Below, piece by piece: positions 1-11,732 of a DNA stretch of 64,000 nucleotides. The position numbers were made by a program, and so were the translations under genes. The first letter of the stretch is position 1. Every line of letters starts with the position of its first letter. The notes under the pieces were generated by a model. It ran no database searches and had not been told where the DNA came from. It saw only the letters and a program-made list of their open reading frames with translations. This stretch comes from Rebecca billardiae RCC1528 (Eukaryota > Protista > Haptophyta): the NCBI GenBank assembly GCA_965240325.2, contig OZ251244.1:1116001-1180000 (forward strand). The letters are read 5' to 3'.

Positions 1-1206
1 TCGCGCCCATGCCGCGCCCTGAAAGCCTGCCGCCACGCCTGCAGCGCCGCCCACTTGCCCTCCGGGTCGTCCTGCCAGCTGCGCACCGCCGCGCGTCCGG
101 CCGCGCGCGCGCCGCGCGTCGGGCCGCGCGCCCGCGCGCGCAGCGCGGCGCGCGGCGCGCGGCGCGGCGCGCGCGCACGAGTGCGAGATGAACGCGTCGA
201 TGCGGCCGGCTGTCGCCGGCCGCGAGAGCGCGAAGAGTCCGGGGTCCGGCTGCGGCGACTGGAGGTCCGACAGGGTCAGCACGGAGAGCGGGACGGCCCT
301 CAGCCCCTCGCGCCCGAGGCTCGCCGCCTCCTCGGCCGACGCGCCGCCGAGCAGCGCGGCGATGCCGGCGGCGGCGGAGACGGTCTCGCCGCGCGAGAGC
401 AGCCAGCCGTGCACCCGCCGCCGGTTCGCCGGCTGCAGCAGGAAGGCGCCGATCGCGATCAACTCGACGCCAAAGATGACTCGCAGCCACGACACCGCGA
501 GCACGCCGCCGCCGAGCCCGCCGCCGCCGGCCGCGGTGGCGGGCACGACGAGCTCAGGGCGGAAGGCGTGCACGGCGGCGATGCCGAGGGCTCCCGTGCA
601 ACCGACCAGCACCGCCACGACGAGCAGCCCGAGGCCCATCGTGTGCCACAGCCGGTCGAGTTGGTCGCGCGGGTGGAGGCGTGCGGCGGCGCCCGCCGCC
701 ACCCAGCCGGCGATCGCGGCTGAGTCGGCAGCGATGAAGAAGCGGAGCACGTAGATGGCGACGGTGTACCGGCAAGGGAGCGGTCCAAACGCGTGGCTCT
801 CGCACGTCGGCGGCAGCTCGCGGCGGAACGCGCTCGCCTCGAAGGCCACGGCGGCGACGACCGCGACAAGCGTCACGGTGATCGTCGCGCTCGCCGCGCC
901 GACGAGCCGCGGCGAGGTGGGCGGCACGGCGAGGAGGAGGCAGACGAGCGCGGGGGCGATGCCGAGAAAGAAGTAGCTGTAGAGCGCCTCGCTCTCGCTG
1001 TCCAGCCCCGAGCTGAGCATCATTGCGAGCCCGCCGGAGAGGCACCCAAGCGCGAGCCCGCCGCCGAGCAGCGCGAGCGGCAGCTGCACGCGCACGCCAA
1101 AGGCGCGGCCCTGGCGGTGGGCCGCGTCGAGCCGGCTGCGGATCGAGGCGGAGTGCGCCTGCCCGCGCACCGACGACGTCGCGGGCGACCCCGGCGGCTC
1201 TTCCAT
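1..1206 (-). CDS. Multi-pass membrane protein with C-terminal TIR-like domain (partial, runs off window start); exons 1206-179 and 78-<1
   Basis: Not in the ORF track because the frame runs off the window. ATG at 1206 (MEEPPGSPATSS...) is followed by ~6-7 hydrophobic helices, then ...GRIDAFISH. A GTGCGC..GCAG intron (178-79) joins it to give DAFISHSWQDDPEGKWAALQAWRQAFRARHGRE, the bA-aA start of TIR/SEFIR-like domains. Confidence 0.75.
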   Translation of the reverse strand, partial: MEEPPGSPATSSVRGQAHSASIRSRLDAAHRQGRAFGVRVQLPLALLGGGLALGCLSGGLAMMLSSGLDSESEALYSYFFLGIAPALVCLLLAVPPTSPRLVGAASATITVTLVAVVAAVAFEASAFRRELPPTCESHAFGPLPCRYTVAIYVLRFFIAADSAAIAGWVAAGAAARLHPRDQLDRLWHTMGLGLLVVAVLVGCTGALGIAAVHAFRPELVVPATAAGGGGLGGGVLAVSWLRVIFGVELIAIGAFLLQPANRRRVHGWLLSRGETVSAAAGIAALLGGASAEEAASLGREGLRAVPLSVLTLSDLQSPQPDPGLFALSRPATAGRIDAFISHSCARAAPRAARRAARAGARPDARRARGRTRGGAQLAGRPGGQVGGAAGVAAGFQGAAWAR

Positions 1207-3243
1207 GTCGCACGAGAAGCAAGGTCCAAATGCAAATGGCTCACCACTCCAAGCAGGCGGCGTCTCGCACGCGCACGATCAGCGAAGACTGAAGACGACG
1301 CTGATTAATAGACGAGGCGGCAGCTCTATTAATCAAGGGAGATCGCCGCTAGCTACCGTGTGCAAGACCGCGCGGGAAGTTGGAGCTTCTCACTCACTGT
1401 AGAACTACTTGTACAGAAGCTTCTGAGCCTCGATGAATCGGTTCATACTCACGGCCGAGCGATGGTGAGCCGCAGTCCGAGCTTGCAAGGGCGCACCCTA
1501 CCACACGCTCCGCGAGGGGTTTACCTCCCCTGGGGGCGTATAGTCCCCCGGGCCGCCGCTGCGCTACTGTACTGGAGACCGCTAACCCGGACTGCTGGCA
1601 GACAGCGCTGAGCGCGCGCACCGCGGCGTCTGGGCGCGCGCGCCACCTTTGCACGGCCGTCGAGTTGCCGTGCAAAGGTGGCGCGTTGCTTGCGTGGTAT
1701 CGGACCCCTGCCATGCCTCGCTCTGCGCCCCGCAGCTTGCTCCTCGCCGACATTGCCGCGCCCACGATGAGCGCGCATGCGAGCGTCGCCTCACGGAATG
1801 AGCAATGTGCGCCGGCCGGCGTGGGATGCGATCAGCTCGGGGCACGAGCTCCGCTGACCGCGGGAACATGTACCTATGCGCAAGCCGCGCCGCCTTGAGC
1901 CACCGATCGTGAGCATGACATGCCTCTCGCGCGCAACTTGTCTTCGTGCCCTTGTGACTATGGCCCCGGACTGCCCGTGACAGGACGACTCGTCAGAGCA
2001 ACTTCTCATGCATGGCATCACGACAGCCATGTGCGCAGGCGTATTGATGTAGCATTGGAATGCGCATATCTCGCTGCGAGCACACACAACCCGAAGACTT
2101 CGATTCGTCGCTTCAGGGCTGTCGCAGTCTGTTGTTTCAGCTGCACTGCATGCGTGGCTGGTGCAGGCTGATCGGCGAACTTGTCAACAGCCGGTTAAAA
2201 GCTGCAGCATCACTGAATTCAATTTCAAGACGCACGATCGGTAGCTCCAGGCGGCAAGGCTTGCGCGTATGGAGCGCTCGTTGGAACTTGTGCCCGGTTT
2301 GGCGCCCACGCGGCGAGGGCGACGACGGGCGTACATGGGGCCCGCGGCGGCGGGAAGCGCGCGGGCGCGGCCGAGAACGGCACAGTCCGGACGCCTCTCG
2401 CCAGCCGCGGACGCGCACCGCGCCTCCTCCTCGCACGCTGCTAACTTGATCCGGTGCCAAGCGGTGGTTTAGCTGCCGACCAGCTCAAGTTCCACGGCTG
2501 GTCAAGGTTCGGCTTGCGACCTCGCCGCTGGTGCTTGCAAGTGAGGTACATGAGTTGGTTGAACTCCCGCGCACCCGCTCTGCGCTCGTCGACGCCCTCT
2601 GAAGGTGCCTCGGGGGGCATGCGGGGCAGTGGAATGCAGTGGTTCGGCGTTGCCCCTCAGTCGTCCAGCGCGCAGGCGACCTAGCGCGGATGTGGTGCGC
2701 GCATGGCCCGGTAATTCGATCGCGGCATGTCTGTCTGGGGTGAAGTTTCACCCCGGCGGGCGGGCCCAGCTGAAGTTCCTGATACGATCTCCGTTGTTGA
2801 ACCTCGAGATTTTACGAGATTTACGTCGGGTGAATGGGTTGAATTTGTGGAGTCACTGGTCATATTCACATCCTGAGCGACCAATGGCGGTCATTGCGTA
2901 GTTGATACTTGATCGGTTTTGAGCAGAGCGACATCAATACCTCGCGCGCGAATCCAACTTTCGCAGGTCGTTGTCGTCTACTTATGGACGGATCAACGTA
3001 TTCGTGGACTGCTCGCATACTTCATAGGCAGGCCACCCGGATCTCAGTGGGTCCCAAAAGTGAAGAGCCTAGAACTCCATACGATATATTCAAGATCACC
3101 AACCGGCAAGAGCCTCAAAAGACCTTATGTCGTTAAAAGTCGTATAGAATCAGTCGAACCCTCTTTAGCGAGATCGATCCAGATCGGCACCGCACCGTCC
3201 TCGCCCTGCAGCACCGTCCTCACCCTGTTTGATCTCTGTGCCG

Positions 3244-4755
3244 ATGTTGCCGACCGACCTGGTGGAGAGCATCACCAAGCACCTGCCGCTCACTGACCTC
3301 GTGAACGCGAACGCGGTCTCTCGCTTCTTCCGCGGCGCGCCGGGCAACCACTCGCCCGTCGAGCGCGCGCTCCTTGAGCGCGCGCGCGGGCGCGGGCACG
3401 AACGCGCGCTCGCCGCCGCGGCTCCGCGCGACGACGGCACGACGACGGGCGAGCTCCTCGCGCACGAGCGCGTCCATGCCCTCGCACGTGCGCACAGCCA
3501 CGCCGTGGCGTGCGGCACGTCGGTGCTGCACCAGCTCAGCATGAGCGCGTTCGTGGACGCGGACGGCGCGCTCTACACGTGGGGCGAGGAGAAGGCCCTC
3601 GACGACGACGACAGCGAGGAGGAGGAGGAGGAGGAGGCGCGCTCGTATCGCGCATGCGCCGGGCTCGGCCACGGCGAGACGGGCTCGGTCCTCGTGCCCA
3701 CGCGCGTCGCCTCGCTCTCGGCCGTGCGCATGTGCGCGGTCGCCGCCGGCTACGACCACCTGCTCGCACTGAGCGCGAGCGGCGAGGTCTACACGTGCGG
3801 CGAGAACCGCGAGGGCCAGCTCGGGCTGGGCGACACGGCGACGCGCCGCACGTTTGTGCAGGTGACGGCGCTCGCGCACGAGGTCGTCGTGTGCGTCGCG
3901 GGCGGGAGCCGCTGCAGCCTCGCGCTCAGCACGGCGGGCCGCGCGTACAGCTGGGGCCAGAACAACCACGGCCAGCTCGGCCACGGCGACACGGCCGGCA
4001 GGCTGGAGCCGACGCGCATCGAGGCGCTGGACGACGAGCGTGTCGCGGGTGCGAGCGCCGGCATGTTCCACGTGCAGCTCGTCTCGGTCAGCGGCGCTGT
4101 CTACTCGTGCGGCCGCGGCCACGGCGGCCAGCTCGGCCACGGCGGCCAGCTCGGCCACGGCGACCAGCAGGATCAGCACACTCCCAAGCGCATCGAGGTG
4201 CTCGACGGCGTGCACGCCGTGCACGTGAGCGCGGGCGTTGCGCACAGCCTGGTCGTGGACCGCACGGGCGGGGTGTACTCCTTCGGCCAGGGCAGGTCTG
4301 GCTGCCTGGGCCACGGTGACGAGTCCGCCGTGTCCACGCCCACGCGCATCGACGCGCTGGCGGGCGTGCACGCCATGTCCGCCAGCGCGGGCTCAGACAG
4401 CAGCGTGGTGCTGAGCGCGGACGGCAGCTTGCACGCGTTCGGCTCCAACCGCTGCTCGCAGCTCGGGGCGAAGACGCGGCATACCCGCGTGCCGCACCCG
4501 ACCTCCGTGCATGTCGACGCGCACGCGCGCGTGAGCGACTGCGCGCTCGGCCACAACCACGCGCTCTTCACGACGGTGGACGGCGACGTGTACTCGTGCG
4601 GCCAGCAGACGGCCGCGCTCGGCCATGGCGTGAGCGCGGACGCGGACGGGACGGACGTCGCCACACCCTCGCCATGCATCGCACGGCGCAGCCTGCCACC
4701 CGCGCCCGAGGTCGCCTCCCCGGGATCGGGACGGTGCGCGATGCCCTGCTGCTGA
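3244..4755 (+). CDS. F-box-like + RCC1 repeat (beta-propeller) protein, paralog 1
   Basis: N-terminal LPTDLVESITKHLPLTDLVNANAVSRFF (F-box pattern). Repeated RCC1 motifs: VAAGYDHLLAL..G.VYTCGEN..GQLGLG, AYSWGQNNHGQLGHG, VSAGVAHSLVV..G.VYSFG. Intronless. Confidence 0.88.
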   Translation: MLPTDLVESITKHLPLTDLVNANAVSRFFRGAPGNHSPVERALLERARGRGHERALAAAAPRDDGTTTGELLAHERVHALARAHSHAVACGTSVLHQLSMSAFVDADGALYTWGEEKALDDDDSEEEEEEEARSYRACAGLGHGETGSVLVPTRVASLSAVRMCAVAAGYDHLLALSASGEVYTCGENREGQLGLGDTATRRTFVQVTALAHEVVVCVAGGSRCSLALSTAGRAYSWGQNNHGQLGHGDTAGRLEPTRIEALDDERVAGASAGMFHVQLVSVSGAVYSCGRGHGGQLGHGGQLGHGDQQDQHTPKRIEVLDGVHAVHVSAGVAHSLVVDRTGGVYSFGQGRSGCLGHGDESAVSTPTRIDALAGVHAMSASAGSDSSVVLSADGSLHAFGSNRCSQLGAKTRHTRVPHPTSVHVDAHARVSDCALGHNHALFTTVDGDVYSCGQQTAALGHGVSADADGTDVATPSPCIARRSLPPAPEVASPGSGRCAMPCC

Positions 4756-5151
4756 CCAGTCGCTGACTCCGACCCGCCGCGGGCGGCGCTGGGACCGCGG
4801 ATCCGCTGAGACGGTCCGCCAGTGGTCCTGGGATCAGCATGACGAGATCTACAGTATGCGCCATGCGGCGGCGCGCGCGCTAGACTCCGCGTAGTGGTAT
4901 ACGACGATGACGGATCAGGTCGTATCAGGTTACTGTCACGAGTCGAGACGCTACGCCTGCTACTGTGACGACGGACGAGGATGATAGCGTACAGTATGAT
5001 CGACGCCACTCTGCACTGAACGACGGCGGTCTTGGCGGTTGGTTATCCGGTCCCGGCGCTCGTGTAGTCGTGTGCAGTTCTTCACCGGACCCGGAGCCGC
5101 CGCGAAAAGGACTTGAGCACCCGAACAAAAGCCGAACGCGAACCGCGCACG

Positions 5152-8029
5152 ATGACGGTGCGCTTTCCGGCGCTGGCGGCGGCGGCGGTGCTGGCCGCCG
5201 CCGTGGCTGCGCCCCGGGCGGCCGCGCTCGGCGCCGAGGTGCCAGCTGCGTGCACGCGCGACGAGGAGTGCACGTTCGACACGCTCTGCATCGACTCGGT
5301 GTGCAAGGCGCCGCCGCTCGGCGCGACGAACGCGAGCGCGGTGTTCGGCGCGCCGCGCAAGGATGGCTGCCTGGAGGAGGCGACGTACTCGGGCGTGTTC
5401 GCGCACGAGTTCACGCGCGAGGAGTTCCTCGGGTTCTTCATCGCCTGCGTCGTCACGCTGATGATCGTCATCACCGCGTGGGAGCTGCTCGTCGCGACGA
5501 GGCCGCTCGGGCAGGTCGTGCCCGTCGCGGCTTTCTCGCTCATCCTCGGGATGGTGTTCGGGTACGCGATGCGCGTGCTCGACCTGGAGGGGCCGGAGGA
5601 GCAGGTGGCGTCGTTCTCCAACTCGCTCTTCCTCTTCGTCCTCCTCCCGCCCATCATCTACGAGTCCGCCTTCATGATGGACCGCAAGACGTTCTTCCAC
5701 AATGTGGGTACGATCCTGATCGTCGTGATCCCGGGCGTGCTGCTGAGCACCGGACTGATCGGGATGTGCACGTACTGGGCGGGGCACGCGGGCTGGTTCA
5801 CGCACGACGGCAACGACCCGCTCGACTTCTCCTCGCCGCTCCAGCCCTTCCTCTTCGGCGCGCTCATCTCGGCGACTGACCCGGTCGCGACGCTCGCCAT
5901 CCTCTCGACAGTGCACATCTCGCCGGTGCTGTTCGCGCTCGTGTTCGGCGAGTCGATGCTGAACGACGCGGTGAGCATCGTGGTGTACGAGGTGCTGAAG
6001 CACTACGGCCAGGAGGCCTTCACGCTCCACGCCGTGCCCATCGTGATCCGCGACTTCTTCTCCATCGCCATCGGCTCGGTGGTCGTTGGGCTCGGCGTCG
6101 GGCTCGCCTCGTCCGCCTTGCACCGCCGCGTGATGGCGTACACGCACCACTCGCCCTCGGGCGAGATGGCGTTCCTGATGCTGCTCGGGTACTTCTCGTA
6201 CGTGCTCGCCGAGGTGTGCGGCCTCTCGGGCATCACCGCGCTCCTCGTCTGCGGCATCGTCCAGCGCTACTATGCATTCTACTCGGTGTCGCACGAAGCG
6301 CAGCATGGCTCTCACCACGTGCGCGCGCCGCGCGCCGCGCCGCGCCGCCCGCCTCGCCGCGCCACCGGCCGCCCGCCGCGCGCGCCGCGGCGCCGCGCCG
6401 CGCCGTGGCGGAACGCAGTGTCGCCGCCGCCGCCGGCGGCAGTGGTGGCGGCGAGACCAGTGCGCCCGCTCGGCGGCCCGGGCGCGCACGCCGGCTCGGG
6501 CCGCGCCGCTCACCCTGCTCGGCGGGCGGGTGGGCGCGCGCTCGTCCGCGCCGCGCGCGTGACGCCGCGCGGCGCAGGTCCTCAAGCTGATCGCGTCCAA
6601 GGCCGAGCAGTTCATCTTCCTCTACCTCGGGATCAACGTCTTTTTGATCTCGGGCCGCACGAGCCCAACCTCGGAGCTCGCGCGCCGCGAGTGGGGCGCT
6701 GACCTCCTCGCGTTCGCAGGCTTCTCGGTGGCGCTCGTAACGGTCGCGCGGCTGGTGATGGTGCTCGTGCTCTGCGGGATCGCCAACCTGCGCCGGCAGG
6801 GCCGGCCGATCACGCTCGCCGAGCAGATGCTGATGTGGTGGGCAGGGCTCCGCGGCGCGATGGCATTTGTGCGCAGCCGCGCGCGCGCCGAGCGCGCCGA
6901 GCGCGCCGAGCGCGCCGAGCGCCGCGCGCCGCGCGCCGCGCTGCGCCGGGCGCACGGCACGCCGGCCGAGGCTCGAGCCGACTGAGACGCCCCGGTCCTC
7001 CACTGCGTGCATCTCGCGCTCCGGCCGCGCCGTTCGCCGCCCGCCGCGGGCGTGCGCGCAGGCGCTCGCCAAGGACCTGGAGAATGAAATGATCGTCTCG
7101 CTCACAATCACGGTTGTCTTATTCACAACCTTCGTGCAGGGGTGCTCGACGGCGTTCGTCGTGCGACGGCTCGGGCTGATCGTCTCGTCGCACACCGCCG
7201 TGCCGAACGCGCTGCTGCGCCAGGCCTCGAAGGCCGCCGGGCTCGCCGCGCCCGCGGCCGCCGCCGCCGCCGCCGCTGGCAGCAGCGCCAGCGGCGGCAG
7301 CACGGCCGGGCGCGCCTCCGCTTCCGCGCCCGCGCCGACCAGGGCGTCGTGCTCGACGGTCGTGAAGAAGCGGCAGCAGCAGTGGGACAAGTTCGACCGG
7401 GTGCGCGCGCCCGCGCGCCGTCGCCGCCGCGCGCTGCTGCGCGCGCCCGTTGGCTGCAGGGGCTGCAGCGAGTGCCGACCCGCCTCTCCGCGCGTGCTGC
7501 CGGGCGCACGCGTGCTGAGCTCGCACCGCGCGCCGCGCACCACGCGCGCGCGCGTGCGGCTCGCGTGCCGGCGCAGGCGTACATGCGGCCCTACTTTGGC
7601 GGGCCGGGCCTCGACATCCCGCAGCTGCCCTCGCGCTCGCCGGCAGCGAGTCCGCCGCGCGGCCCGACGCGCGCCGGCAGCGTTGGCTCCGGCCTGGTGC
7701 CCGTCGGCTCCTCCGGAGGACTCAGCCTCGTGAGCCAGTACTCGCACGACATGGCGCTGCCGACGGTGGGGCAGACGGGGTGCATCCTCGACACCGTCGC
7801 CGACGACGACAGCATCGACGCGGCCGAGGCGCACCCGGAGGAGCAGCGCGGTGAGTCGCCAACGCCGCCGCCGGCGAGCGTCGAGGAAGCGCCGCCGGGG
7901 GCGGCGCCGCTGGGCGGCGTGTGGAGGGAGATGTCCGACGCGGGCGTCATCGACTCGTCGGGCGGGGTGCACTTCTGGCGGCTCTCCGCGTCGACGCTGC
8001 CCAACTCGCAGCCGCACGCGCTGCACTGA
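5152..8029 (+). CDS. NHX: Na+(K+)/H+ exchanger, CPA1/NHX-NHE family; exons 5152-6318, 6578-6868, 7062-7400, 7577-8029
   Basis: Signal peptide. CPA1 motifs LFLFVLLPPIIYES, FGALISATDPVATL, LVFGESMLNDAVSIV, WWAGLRGAMAF|ALA and TITVVLFTTFVQG. Spliced C-terminal WDKFDR|AYMRPYFGG matches the NHX tail motif. Three GTGCGC..CAG introns restore the frame. Confidence 0.93.
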
Positions 8030-8563
8030 TCCTCCTCCGAACCGCGCGGCCCGGCCGGACGCCATACTGCGGGCGCGAGCACACCGTTTGACTGCATCTT
8101 TCGGAGAATCGCACCATCAATTAATTTGCTCAGCGCAGATGATTGGATTGCCTACATAATTTGGGTTTGGAGGCGGGTGCAAACAATAGCAACGGGCTGG
8201 CGTCAGCGCGACAGATCGGATGCAGATGCGATCTGGAATACTCTCGCGCGTCGACGAGGGCTGACGTCAGCGAATGAGCAACGACCGGTGGGTACCATCC
8301 ATGCATTCTCCGATTCTTCCGTGCAAGAGTCATCCACGTCCACACCCAATCGGCTTCGTCAGATGAAAATGACGACGAACACCCCGCCACAATTTTTCCA
8401 TCCACGACCCGCCCGAACGCCACTTTTGCCCGTCTTTTCGGTGCCCAGTTTCGCCGCCGGCTTGGCCAAACGACGCGACGTTCACCGGTCACGTAACTTT
8501 GACGTCACGGCTTGCAAGCAGCGTTGGCGCGGCCGCCGACCGCGACTTGCCCCTCCACCCGCC

Positions 8564-10388
8564 ATGCCGTCGCAGCACGACGCCGAGGACGTGATCTCGC
8601 CCACGGGCGTCGCGAGCCTCGGCGCCGGCGCCACGCTCTCCGAGGCGCTCGCCGCCGGCTCCGACTCACGCCTCACGCTCAAGGACGGCCGCAACAAGTA
8701 CTACTGCCCCACCTTCCCGATGAAGGGCGCCGTCGTGCGCGGCTCATGCACGTCCTCCCCGCCGACGACGATGGGGTACGACGCGGCGAAGCGCGTGTGG
8801 GACGCCCTCGACGCGTCGGCCGACATGCACGCCGCGTTCGAGACCGAGATGGACGGCGTGCGCGCGCGGCTCGCCGAGGCGCTCGGCCTGCCCGACGGCT
8901 GCGCGATCGTGCTGGCGGCTTCGGGCACGGATGCCGAGTACGTGCCGCTCGTCGTCGCGCGCGAGCTGATGCCCGCGGGCACGCCGATCTGCTCCGTCCT
9001 CGCCGCGGCGGAGGAGGTCGGCTCCGGCTGCGCCGAGGCGTGCGCCGGCGCCTACTTCGACGCCGGCACGCCGTACAAGCCGGGCGCCGCCACGAAGGGC
9101 GAGCGGCTCCAAGGCCTAGAGGCAGTTGAACTCGTGTCCGTCTCGGCGCGCGACGCGAGCGGCGCGGTGATCGACACCGCCGACGCGCTCGCCGAGACGC
9201 TCGCCGCGCGCGCCGACGCCGCGTGGGTCGTGCGCCGCGTCGTCGGCACGAAGACGGGCTTCGAGACGACCGTGCCGCCCGCGGGCGCGCTGCCGGCGGC
9301 CGAGCGCGTCTTCAGCGTCGTCGATGCATGCCAGCTGCGCGTGGGCGTGGAAGACGTGCGCCGCTACCTCGACGAGGGCTCGGTCGTGCTCCTCACCGGC
9401 TCCAAGTTCATGCAGGGCGCCGCCTTCTCCGGCGCCGCCGTGATCCCGCCGCCGCTCGTCGAACGCCTGCGCGCGGGCGCGGCCGCGGCGCCGCCGCTGC
9501 CGGCGGGCTTCGCCGACTTCTTCGGCCGGTGCGAAGTGCCGGCGGAGCTGGCGCACTGGCGCGCGCAGCTGCACGCGCGGCCGAACCTCGGCCTGCTGCT
9601 GCGCTGGCACACCGCGCTGCCGCTCATCGAGGCCGTCCTCGCGCTCCCCACCTCCACGCAGACATCGATGGCTGCCGAGTGGGTGGGTAATGTGAGTAAG
9701 CGCGTCGAGGCGACGAGCTGCCTTGAGGTGCTCGCGACGGACTGCGGGATCGTCTCGATCGCGTGCAAGCGGCCGGGCGGCGCGGGGTACTACGCCGTCG
9801 ACGAGCTCAAAAAGGTGCACAAGTGGATCGCCTCGGACATGTCGGCGCACGCGGGTGCGCGCGCCGCCCGCGAGCGCGCGCGCGCGCCCCCGCGCGCGCG
9901 CCGCGCGCTCGTGCGTGCGCCGACGCCGACGCCGGCCGCGCTGACCAAGGCGCGCCCTCGCCGCGCTCGCCGCGCGGGCTGGCGCCTCGCAGGCGCGTAC
10001 GAGTGCAAGAGCGCGGGCCGCGTGGTCTTCATCGGCCAGCCGGTCACGATCACGAAGGTGCGCGCCCGCGCGCGCGCGCGCCCCGCGCGCCCGCGCGCCC
10101 GCGCGCCCGCGCGCCCGCGCGCCCGCCCCGCCAGCCCTGGGCAACACAACGCCGCTGCTGCGCGCGCAGCCGCGACCTCACGCGCGCTCCCCCGCCCACG
10201 CTCCCGCCTTCCCCCGCGCGCGCACGCCGCCGCCGCAGGCGAAGGCCGTTCTGCGCATCGCCCTCGGCGCCGAGCTGCTGCTGCAGCTGCGCAACAACGC
10301 ATACGCACCCTCGGAGGACGCAATCGCCGTGGAGAAGCTCGCGTGGGCGATCGAGTCGTACGCGCAGCTCGTGGCGGAGGGCGCGTGA
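8564..10388 (+). CDS. PLP-dependent transferase-fold protein (class V aminotransferase / cysteine desulfurase-like, function unknown); exons 8564-9854, 9993-10057, 10239-10388
   Basis: Motifs LAASGTDAEY, VVDACQLR (PLP-binding Asp) and LLTGSKFMQG (Schiff-base Lys position). C-terminal FIGQPV...VLRIALGA appears after removing two GTGCGC..CAG introns. Confidence 0.7.
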
Positions 10389-10505
10389 GGGGGCGGGCTC
10401 GGGCGGAGGGCACGCCCTCCGCCCCGCCCCTCGCGCCCGCCGCGCGCGCGCGTGCTCCCCGTGTGCTACCCACATCATCATCATATATATATGCACGCCA
10501 TATAT

Positions 10506-10559
10506 CAACAAGTGTCTCCAACTGTCCATCTACAACAAGTGCCTCCAACTGTCCATCTA
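10506..10559. repeat. 27-bp tandem duplication (CAACAAGTGYCTCCAACTGTCCATCTA x2) downstream of the PLP-protein gene
   Basis: Two adjacent copies with one mismatch. Confidence 0.8.
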
Positions 10560-11732
10560 TGATACTCCCCTGCGGCCGACGGCCATCCTCCGTGCAAGCG
10601 CTCCTGCTGCTCCCGCGGCGGCGGCGGCGGCGGCGGCTGCGCTGCGCGGCCCTGGCTGGTCCGTCCCCCATGCCGGCTGCGCGCGCACGCCCTTCAGACT
10701 CGGCGCGCACTCACCAGCTGCCCTCGAACCGGACTGTCCGGAGCTGGCGACGCGGCTGAGCGCTCCGCGCTCGGGCTGAACGCCGCCCATCCATCGCGCA
10801 CCACCGGCGCCCGCGCCAGCGACGCCCGCACGCGCTACGACGCGTCCGCCGGCGCCGGCGCCGGTGCACGGCCCTATTCGACCGGGGCGCACGGTTGCTC
10901 GTCCGTCCGCCCACCCAACTCGGTCCGACGGCAAGTGCAGGCAGCGCCCTCTGGCGACACGGCCGTGCGCCCGGCCGCATCTCCTTCGATGTCCACTACC
11001 ACCCCGAGGGGCCGAGCCCGGGGAGCCCCCGTGGCGTGTGCCACTCGTCCGCACTGCTGCGCGGCGACGGCTGTCGCGGTTGCCGTCACCCGATCAGCGG
11101 CCGATTTCTGACCCACTGGCGTCGCATCAGCGGCCGCCGGCGGTTTTTGTACATCACCAATCATCATCGGCGACACATCACGTCGATATACGACGTAGAG
11201 CTACTGCGCACCAGACACACGTAGTTCAGTATTCTGCAAGGATTATCATTAGGACCCGGGTCGGAGTCTGATGCAGACGAGCAGTCACACGACGTCAACG
11301 ATGTCAATGTGCCACCACGGGTCTGGCACCACCGTCGACTCATCATCGGGAGTCGGGGGCGCAGGTGTTGGAGATCAAATCAAAGACAAAGGCGGACGGT
11401 AAACCGCCAGCATCATTCTGCCACTAAGGCCGCGCTCAAGCCATTCGATCGCGGTTCAGGCTATGCTCTGCCACCAGCGCCGACTTCGTCGACGATCGGG
11501 CACTGCCGACGACGCATCAGGAGACCTGCGCCGTCCTACCTGTGTCGTTAAATCATAGAATGGGTCAAATCGTCGTCGTCGAAATCGTTTCGCCGAATTC
11601 GCGCCTACAGTAGACGAAGTTCGTTCCGACTTCCTCCGCGAGCAGCGAATCACGTTCGTCCGTCAGTCATTGAAAGCCCTGGTGGCTGGGCGCGAGCGCC
11701 CCGCACCGCCGCGCGTGTGGACGGCCGCGCCC

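Noticed and set aside
1300-3200. Possible gene or transposon in the intergenic stretch
   Set aside because: Only short ORFs without motifs and a small hairpin (GGGGTGAA/TTCACCCC near 2737-2754). No TIR/TSD pair found.
3244-4755. UVR8 photoreceptor assignment for the RCC1 proteins
   Set aside because: The GWRHT tryptophan triad motifs are absent and an F-box-like N-terminus is present.
8126-10759. 877-aa ORF taken as a single protein
   Set aside because: It includes 5' non-coding sequence and reads through GC-rich introns. The spliced model 8564-10388 fits the motifs better.
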